A DNA stretch of 63,355 bases, the filler included, from Cercozoa sp. M6MM (lineage: Eukaryota; Protista; Endomyxa: Ascetosporea), in the NCBI GenBank assembly GCA_040357565.1. It is 12 parts of 12 records of this genome, joined end to end, with 100 filler letters (N's around TTAATTAATTAA, not from the genome) between each part and the next. Parts side by side here need not be neighbours in the genome. Positions count along the whole stretch, not along the records: positions 44,232 to 58,065 come from JBDODJ010000347.1; positions 58,166 to 59,811 come from JBDODJ010001965.1; positions 59,912 to 63,355 come from JBDODJ010001457.1; 9 more parts are not named here. The stretch is one strand, 5' to 3'. Shown here one piece after another: positions 53,275 through 63,355 of the stretch. Numbering within the stretch: position 1 is the first letter of the stretch; each line of letters starts with the position of its first letter. The notes below the pieces were generated by a model, which saw nothing but the letters and a program-made list of their open reading frames with translations, was not told the origin of the DNA and did no database searches. The position numbers were made by a program, and so were the translations under genes.

Positions 53275-55144
53275 TTATAACTTTTCCACCACGTGCACAC
53301 GCGCCGGTTGCGCGTCGTCGTCGCTTTCATCATCGGCGCCGTTGACGGCCTGTGTGCCCGATGCTCGTGCGGCTGGCTTTTCGCGCGCAGCACGTTCGTC
53401 GCGACGTCTCATGCCACTGCAGCATGTCCAGTACATGGTGCTGTCTATACAATACGAGAAACGAAACTGAAGAAGCGTACTTGCCGCAGCAGGCGAGACG
53501 AAGCGCCCAGTGGTACAGCAGAGGCACGAGGTACTCCAAGACGAGCACGAAACCACCATACACACCAAGAACCAGTGTCGTCACTACAGAACCATCTCAC
53601 CTTTCCTTTAGCAATACCGTATAGTTTGGGTATAGTTTGTACAGTACAACGACCTCAAACTGACTGCTGAGTGAAAATACTGTACCTTCCAGGAACGTGG
53701 GATGACGATACACGAGGTATTCGCACGTTGTCGGAGCACACTGGTCAAAGTACTGCGGGAAGCTAACTTCGACACTCCACATGCTGGCCTGCGTTGTGGC
53801 ACTCCTTGTCATATCGCCAATGCTGCTGAAACTGCTGCCGTTCTCTTCGCCTGCTGCCTACGAAAACACTAGATAAGTTTATCAGGCAAGAACAATGTAA
53901 ATGACTGGGAGGAGGAATATGAAAAACGTACGGTGCCAAACTTTGGAATGCTGATCGAGTTTTCGAAGTGTTCGCTTGAGAACAAGCTCACCGGCAGGTG
54001 CTGTACTGTCTCGAACATTGAGCAGTACTGAACGTAGGTGAAGCGGTGACTGCCGGCGAGTGTGACATTCATCGGTCGAGAACACGTCGTATCCTTGGAG
54101 CAGTCGCACTCGTCAAAGGCCTGAAACTGCAGGTCAGTGCCGTTTTCTTTCATCGTGAGAAGCTCGTGGAACAGCGGATTGTTGGTTCGACTCAACGTGA
54201 TCGCCATTCGCAACGGTGTCGAAAACGAGCTTTGCATTGTGCGGAAGGCTGAGTTCCTGCGTATAACACCGGTACCAGATGCCTGGAAGTATGCTTTGTA
54301 TATTGCGTTTATGCCAGTACTTTTTCTGCCTCATTTGTCCGTTCAGTTTTGGCATGTCGACCAGGTAGGTCGAATCCTGCGTCACAGCAGTGAAAGTGCG
54401 TAAGCAAAAGGGTAAATTAAAGACAAAGAAGAACTGTTACGATGTCCTCGGTGTGCACAGAGCTGATTTCGGTCTCCATCACGAGGCGCGCGATGTCGCA
54501 CATGTCGCGGGTAAAGTTGAGCGAATCCCACATCTGCTCGTTTTTAAGTTACTCGTGAAAAGAATTACCGTGTTTCTGGGTCGAATCTAAAGTTGTTGAA
54601 TCTACAGTAAATCTACCGGGTAGTTCTCGGAGGAACAGACAGGATCACCGCCACAGAGCGGAGCTGCGCGGGTTGCGAAGCTGCACAAAGGATCCTGCCT
54701 CGCCGTTATCGTCGCAAACGTCTGCACGGGTACATCGGCTACCAAACGTGGAAAGAAGGTCGCACACCAGTATACACTTTGCTTCAGTAGTTCATTGAAG
54801 AGTTCAGAACGCACTGTTTTGACACTCGCATTGAACGTTGATGCCACCGAACTCTTTGACGAGTGACTCGTATTTCGCAAACGAGGGATTCAACACTTCT
54901 TCACTGACGAGACTGGTCTTTGTGGATTCACATCGATCGGCATTGGTGCGCAAACAAAGCTAGAAAAAAAGTCTACCTGTAAGGCATTGTAGACCGCAAA
55001 GAACGTGACTCCCGCTGCCAACAGTGCAACGAGAACTATGGTTTGTCGAAACCCTTGACTTATCTCGAACTCATCTTCGTCGTAGATGGGTTCCTGATTT
55101 ACAAAGAAGTAAGGGGGCTTAAGCTTGGAATGGAGCAAAATCAT
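53275..55144 (-). CDS. Two-TM protein with a large Cys-rich ectodomain
   Basis: TM1 TIVLVALLAAGVTFFAVY, ectodomain NPSFAKYESL...QCECQ, CDCSKDTTC and YFDQCAPTTCEY, TM2 TTLVLGVYGGFVLVLEYLVPLLY. Confidence 0.65.
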
Positions 55145-55593
55145 TGTACTTTGAAGTAATTTAGTTTTTGCTTGCGGTCGGTGTCCAAGAACCCCATTTA
55201 AATAGCAGTAGGTACACCCTGGCTGGGCAACTGGAAAGAAAATCGCTTGGAAAATGGTTCCCAGTCGAAAGGGACCGCAAAAATGAGGAAAGAATCGTCA
55301 GCACGCAGCCCTATATGCCGCAGCAAAGCTTAGCTTCTGTTGGTGCCTGTGTTAACGTCGTATTTTCACAAACGCGGGGAGCTGAAAAATGTTGAGATTT
55401 TAAGTTGTTTTTCCAACTGGGAAGCACGCGATACGAGAAAAATCACAAACTGCAAACACCAGGAACCCCGGGTCTTTCGGAGTTTGGCCGGGCTAAAGTA
55501 CAGTGCCAGTGTCTCAGTAGCCAGATTGCAGCGCCTAGCCCTCCTCTGACACAAGGTAAGCTTGCAGCTTTTGACACTGTAGCACATAAAGGG

Positions 55594-56514
55594 ATGGACG
55601 ACGCCAAAGCAGGTCAGTTTGCTCGTAAGCCTACAGTTTTTGCTTCCTGGTTAACGATTGTCACGTGAAGTAATCTTTAGGTGAAGAAGAGGCGATGCAC
55701 GCTTTTCATCACCATCACTTCTTCTATCCTTTCACACCGCCACCTGTCAACCCAGAGCATGAGCACCACGAAAGAACGCGCGAAGCGGCTTTCTTTCACG
55801 ACCTAGCGCATCCAGCCGTTATCGCACGCGTGTACTTTTTCGAAACCGTGTTGATTGAGCCTGATGAGACCAACGAAACGAAACTGCTTTTGCTTTCACA
55901 GACCGCTCGTGCTGTTTCAGCAGTTTCGGCACCCACAGCCAGAGCCGACGTGGACGCACGCAGCGTGGTTCACGAGTCCCTTCGCTCAAGAGGTGCACAG
56001 GATTCCACGCTTTGTGCCGGTCGATACGACGCCGCACATCTGGAGCGACTCGAGTGCGAAGCTTCCTGGCTACCCGCCTGGCACCGGTGACTACCGCGGA
56101 ACCCCAGCTTCTGCCTGGCTGCCGCCCTGCGAGATCCGCAACAGCGACAAGATGTACCAAGTGTTCGCCAACTGCGCCGCTGCCGACCCGCAGTCCATCA
56201 AAGTGCAAGTGCACTGCGACAGTCGGCAGGTCGAAATCTCGGGCAGTTCCAAGCACCATCTTCGCTTCGGACAGGCCACCGACGACACTGCTGTCACCGA
56301 AACCGCCGAAAAACACACGAAACCCGAGGATCTGCCTCATTTCCGACGCGTCTTTCAGCTACCTTCCGATGTGCAGCCGCAGGGCGTCGCGGCACGTCTC
56401 GACAAGTACGGCGTGCTGCACGTCTACTTTGTCAAGTCCGAGACTCCGGAATCTATGGCCACACTCGACGTACCGGTGACTCTACCGGCTGGTGTCCAGT
56501 CACTGTGCGAATAA
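55594..56514 (+). CDS. Small heat-shock protein (alpha-crystallin domain) with a His-rich N-terminus
   Basis: WLPPCEIRNSDKMYQVFAN...IKVQV...VEISG...FRRVFQLPSDVQPQGVAARLDKYGVLHV. Start tentative. Confidence 0.82.
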
Positions 56515-56654
56515 TGACGTCAAACGCATTAACGGGGAATCGACTGTGACCTAACTGCTAATGTCACTTTTTTGTGGGAATCCCAAATATCCCAAGACCC
56601 CGATCGCTGCCCTCGCGTAATTAGAGCACAGGCTGTGTGCATACGTGTGTACGT

Positions 56655-58041
56655 ATGGATTGGCTGCGTGTGGACGGGCCTTGTGGTGCGTCCCGCCTTC
56701 TGGCGGCGCAGCGGAAGAAACGAGAGGCGCTAAAATTCTCGTGCGATTTTGCGCCGCTGCGTACGTTTGGTTTTCTCGGTGTTTTTCGCCTTTACTCTCC
56801 CTTATTCACAGCCGATCGATGCTTTGGACTGGCCCAGTGGCCTAGAGAAACGCCTCTGCTGCGAACGAATGTGGAGAAACGCAAGAAACGCCGCAAGAAA
56901 AACGACTCGAACGATGCGGATTTGCCCTTGTCGCGACTTTTGGCGAAACTCACGGTTTCCTCCGAGGCCGTCTACACTGAGGAGAGGTACTTTAGCCCCC
57001 TGTTTACCCCTCCCCCCGTTACCCCCTGTTTCCCTACCTGTTAACCCCCTGTAAACCTACCTGTTAACCCCCCCCCCCTGTTAACCCCCCTGTTAACCCC
57101 CCTGTAAACCGAGGTGCGTGTAGTGCGGTGGAACTGGTGGAGACTTCGGCAAAAGCTGCGCCAGAATTGGAGCTTCGAATCGGCACGCAAAAGTTGTCCT
57201 TGGAGGTGTGTCTCTGTTTTACCCCCTCTCTTACCCCTCTTTTACCCCCCCCCCCNNNNNNNNNNNNNNNNNNNNNNNNNNNNNNNNNNNNNNNNNNNNN
57301 NNNNNNNNNNNNNNNNNNNNNNNNNNNNNNNNNNNNNNNNNNNNNNNNNNNNNNNTTACCCCCTCTCCCCCTCTTACCCCCCCTAACCCTCTCTCCCCCT
57401 CTTAACCCCCTCTTACCTTCCCGATGGGCAGGCGCTGGAGGCGGCGAAACTGGGCACGTCGGTGTTCCTGAATGCAGGCGGAGGCGTGTCACGTGTCAAG
57501 TGGCTCCCGGTGCCACTGGAGCACTGCGATCAGTGTAGCCACCCTGCATGATATGCGTGTGTCCATTTGTACCACTGTGACAAGTCCATGTGGACACAGG
57601 TACGCCGGCGCAGTATCTGGCCGTACTGGCCGATGTGACCAGTCAAAGCGACGGTGCCGACTCACTGACCCCTCGCTTCCGCGCGTTCGGTGAGACCATG
57701 TGCGGCACCGGTCTGCTCCAGGTACACTGCTGACTCGATCACCTGATCGATTACATGGTCACTTGAGTGATCGCACGTGTGCACACCGTCAGATCTGGCG
57801 TTTCGCCACTCGGATCGGCGCCGACGGCGAACGCGAGATTTCAACCTCGCCGACGCTGTCGCATGGTGCGTCAGTTTTACCCCCCTCTTTACCCCTCTTT
57901 ACCCCCCCTCTTTACCCCCCTCTTTACCCTCTCTTTACTCCCATTTATCTTCTATGCTACCCCCCCCCCCAATTTTATCCTCCCCCCTCCCGTGCAGTGC
58001 AACTGATCGAAGGAGGTGCGGCGCATGACATTGCCTTCTTG
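56655..58041 (+). CDS. TFIIIC WD40 subunit (GTF3C2/Tfc6)-like, 3'-truncated
   Basis: VFLNAGGGVSRVKWLP, QYLAV, GLLQ|IWRF and GAAHDIAF resemble the Tfc6/GTF3C2 WD40 N-terminus. Confidence 0.55.
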
Positions 58042-58599
58042 GTACACGATTTACCCCCCCCCCCCNNNNNNNNNNNNNNNNNNNNNNNNNNNNNNNNNNN
58101 NNNNNNNNNTTAATTAATTAANNNNNNNNNNNNNNNNNNNNNNNNNNNNNNNNNNNNNNNNNNNNTAATTCACACTATTTTTAGTCACTTCGGGAGCCAG
58201 GCAGTTTTGACGAGTCACGATACCAAGACCATCGCATTTCCGCACGTCCAGGACTCGCCTTCCGCCGTTTTGATCGCTCATTCGGTTGTTTGGCGACTTT
58301 TGCGACTCGAAAGTCGCGTAGTTTTGCGCTTCTTTTTCTGACAGGAAACTCATCGCGAAAAAGCCGCGATACCGAGGGCTGTTCTGCTTCGTTCGGTTCC
58401 TCTCGATCGCTCGAAGTGTGTTTCGGTTGCGCACACCATCATTGGATGGCCAGTTCCTGAGAGTGTAGATATATTTACATCTTTAGATTTCCTGAGACTT
58501 CCAAGCAAGAGTGCCAAGCAAGAGTGCTACCAGGTCATTGTTGTTGCCGTGTGCCCCCTCTTCAAGTTCGCAACTGCCAGAGGTCACAGGACTGCCACT

Positions 58600-59315
58600 A
58601 GAAGAGCTTGCAGTTGCAGGTGCACCTAGGCCACTGTACCCTGTACAACACCACCAATTTTAGATAGACGCCGTAAGCATGATGATAAATATCGACGCAT
58701 GAACGTACATCGCGCTGCCAAACGCCAAACGAAGAGCATAGACCTTCTTGCGGAAGGAGAATGTGGTGTAAGTCGCGAGCGACAGATTCGACTGACGAGA
58801 ATATTTGTCGCTGAATAAAGTACACATCATATATTAATGGACATTGAAGGCCAAGGAGCTCGGGTTTGATGACTTTTTGGGCTTTGTCACCGAGATCGAT
58901 GAGGTAGGTTATTTTATCCGTGGTATTGTGTAAGCTCGAAACAAAGTACCTGGGTTGTTCAGTTCTGTCTTGGCAAGAACAAGCTGTCTCGCAACCCCCA
59001 TTGTCGGCCACAGCGAGATACCAGAGTGTGGGTATTCTCGATGACGTTGTCCGCTCGCTTCTTTGAAAAGGTATTATAGACTAACTGCGCTCTGTCACAC
59101 ACAAGTGAGTGTTGATTATGCAGGACAACAACACCGAGACGCGACGAGTACTTGAGTATCGGTACCAAGTGTCGCTGCGCCGAGACGCAGCAACATTTCT
59201 TCCTATCGTCAAGAAAAACGTGTTGATAAAGCCCGGTTCCTCGCTTTTTCAAACACAAACGTACTTTTATACGTAGTGACACACACATACCCACACACAC
59301 ACACCCACACACACC

Positions 59316-59355
<40 letters not shown>

Positions 59356-59811
59356 CACACACACATCTGTAGCGACTCGTGGAAGGCCTACCCGAAGGCA
59401 ATGCGTGAGATCATTGCCGAGATGAAGGGCAGTGCAGTCGACATGGTGACGCCGGAGGACCTTGCGTCTGTACTTGAGTCGGTGAACCATCGTGTCGAGT
59501 GGGTGAAAGCCTCGACCTGTGGCGATACCAAAAAGGTGAACACGAACAGCACCGAGGGCGGACACAGTCACGTCCGCCGCTTGTTGAGTGAGCTGGTGCT
59601 GACGAAAGGCGTCACAGACCCTACCAGCATCGCTCTCACCATCAACTTTGCGCAGTGGATGCGCAATGCGTCGCTTGGATTCCGAATTGGCGAGCAAGAC
59701 CACGACGTCACATTTTTGACGCGATTCCTTGACACGCGCAGTCAGACGGTTCAACAAAAACGAGAACGCAAGCGCTTTGTGTGGGAACGTGCCTTGTTTT
59801 GCCTCTTCACT
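58600..59811 (+). CDS. Hypothetical multi-exon protein, truncated
   Basis: Exon-like segments and a long ORF DSWKAYPKAMREIIAEMKG...FVWERALF. No family recognised. Confidence 0.4.
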
Positions 59812-59957
59812 NNNNNNNNNNNNNNNNNNNNNNNNNNNNNNNNNNNNNNNNNNNNTTAATTAATTAANNNNNNNNNNNNNNNNNNNNNNNNNNNNNNNNN
59901 NNNNNNNNNNNGTGTGTGTGTGTGTGTGTGTGTGTATGTCACCCCCTAACCGGACAG

Positions 59958-60495
59958 AGAAAGAGCACCGGTACAACCGTATGGGCAAGTTGCTGCCTGC
60001 CTTCTGCAACGCACTGTCGACCAACCTGCCGAAACTGCTGCGGCCCATCGATGCCGGTCCGTTGGCCGAGTCACTCGGCACACTCAACGCGTGTCTCACC
60101 GCTGGTGCGCACGTGTGTCCTTCCGTCGACGCCGTGGCTCGAAACATCCTCTCCGCAGTCGCGTGCACCAAGCAGCACCGCGATGCGCAGGTGCGGCACC
60201 AGACCGCGCTTCTGCTCACTCGCATCGCATGTGCGTTGTCTTTCTCCCTCACCAACTCTTTGACCAACCAACTCTTTACCAACCAACTCTTTACCAACCA
60301 ACTCTTAACCAACCAACTCTCAAATCTCCAGCTTTCTTCTGGCCTGACTGAACTGAATTGAGCTTAGCACATTGTGCTGTGTGTGTGTGCATGTTTTGTG
60401 CAGTGCTCACGCAACGTGGGCAGCAGGAGACGCTCGAATGGTTGGATTCTCGCGAGATGCACGCTGCCTCGTCACTCGTGCTGCCGTTCTCTTAA
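59958..60495 (+). CDS. C-terminal exons of a TELO2 (Tel2)-like HEAT protein
   Basis: YNRMGKLLPAF...LAESLGTL...HRDAQVRHQTALLL...ETLEWL resembles the TELO2 C-terminus (NxF...TL...HxDxxVR...WL). Confidence 0.5.
60251..60321. repeat. Intronic 15-bp tandem repeat ACCAACCAACTCTTT, about 4.5 copies
   Basis: Read directly. Confidence 0.9.
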
Positions 60496-61201
60496 CTGCC
60501 GTGATGGAACTAACTGCTGTGTTACTACATTTACCGACCCATCTCACTGCTACTTCGATGCCTGACGTCCGGTCATACGGTATTGTAACTATATGACTTA
60601 ACTTGACTTGACGTGACGGTCACACAGCCCCGTGTGCCCAGTGGCTGCGTGGTAAAGTAAATCCAGTTACTGTACACGCCAAAACGAAAAGTCCCCACCC
60701 AGTACGAGTAGTCATGACGTGATAATCACGGTGTTAGTTGACCTCGATACAGTTTGTCGAAGCGAAGTGAAGAATTACCCCCAACTGGGTTCTTACGCCT
60801 ATCTAGACGGGGTTGTAGGCGGATCTTCCGTCACGGGGAAATCGTGAGAAGATTTAGACCCCCCCCCTTCTCTCTACAGCAGCCGATGTTTACTTGTTGA
60901 GGTGGGGATCAGTACAAACTGCAGAGCAAATGACCAGCCGATGCCAAAGAGATTAGGTTTTCTCTTCTATTGGCAGGCTCAACGCAATATACAGGACAGG
61001 CTTTGGACAGGTCCTGTCACAGCCACATAGGCAGCAGTACCGAAGAGCCACAACCTCTTAATTTGCTTCAATGATAGGAGACCAACTGGTCAGTCTGGGT
61101 TCATCCCCGCGGAGACTGCATAACGTAATCTGAGTCAGTCTGTAACAGTACATCACTTCAAACTACCAGACCAGATCACAGCACTACAGAGGATTTTTCG
61201 T

Positions 61202-62935
<1,734 letters not shown>

Positions 62936-63240
62936 ACCACTATAAGCACAATGCTGCGCACACGCTGGCGTGCGTATTTGGGGAGTTGTATTTCGCGCTA
63001 GTATTAAAGATGCGCCCGATCTGTTGCACTGTATTTGCTGACTGAGCAGTCTGAGTATGTGCTTTATGGGACTTAGAACTAGCAATACAGTCTGAAACGA
63101 GGAAATAGTGTCCCATAGCGGCACCGGGCACTCCAGAAAGCGATGTACACGGGAATGGGCAAGCCAGGCATGCCAGGCTGGAGCTTCTCGCCATCGAGCT
63201 ACCGCCGCGATGAGCGGCTGCTAAAGCCGCCGGATCTGGA

Positions 63241-63355
<115 letters not shown>

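Noticed and set aside
57866-57997. TTTACCCC tracts as true telomeres
   Set aside because: They are degenerate, lie inside GT-AG introns and are not terminal arrays. They are kept only as an intronic-repeat finding.
60600-61200. Possible structured ncRNA or retroelement remnant in the intergenic gap
   Set aside because: No recognisable tRNA, snRNA, ribozyme or terminal-repeat motif by eye. An Infernal/Rfam scan would be needed.

Overview
This window is eukaryotic: a compact, very intron-dense genome of a unicellular eukaryote, probably with a flagellated stage (NME7, CFAP418, RJL). The lineage cannot be fixed from the sequence alone. The window concatenates about 12 contigs joined by artificial 100-nt N/TTAATTAATTAA/N linkers, so adjacency across linkers means nothing. 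Most six-frame ORFs are misleading because genes are split into many short exons by mostly 45-170 nt GT-AG introns. Manual splicing identifies cyclin Y, COQ4, AGPS, PEX2, ATX1, MCU head-to-head with MICU1, U2AF65, a divergent Sar1, RJL, P5CDH, a JmjC demethylase, NME7 head-to-head with CFAP418, NOP56, a two-lipoyl BCKDH E2, a PX-BAR sorting nexin, a 7TM protein, a caprin-like protein, a dual-start LysRS with about 28 introns, a single-domain CBP80-like protein, a 2TM ENaC/P2X-topology protein, HSP20, and GTF3C2- and TELO2-like fragments. The most unusual signals are: (1) intron-restricted TTACCCC/GGGGTAA repeat tracts shared across contigs; (2) functionally matched divergent gene pairs (MCU/MICU1, NME7/CFAP418); (3) a stand-alone CBP80 middle-domain gene; (4) near-identical neighbouring introns, one of them GC-AG, in RJL; (5) nested MITEs with a 9-bp target-site duplication. 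Gene models come from manual reading, and some exon ends are approximate.
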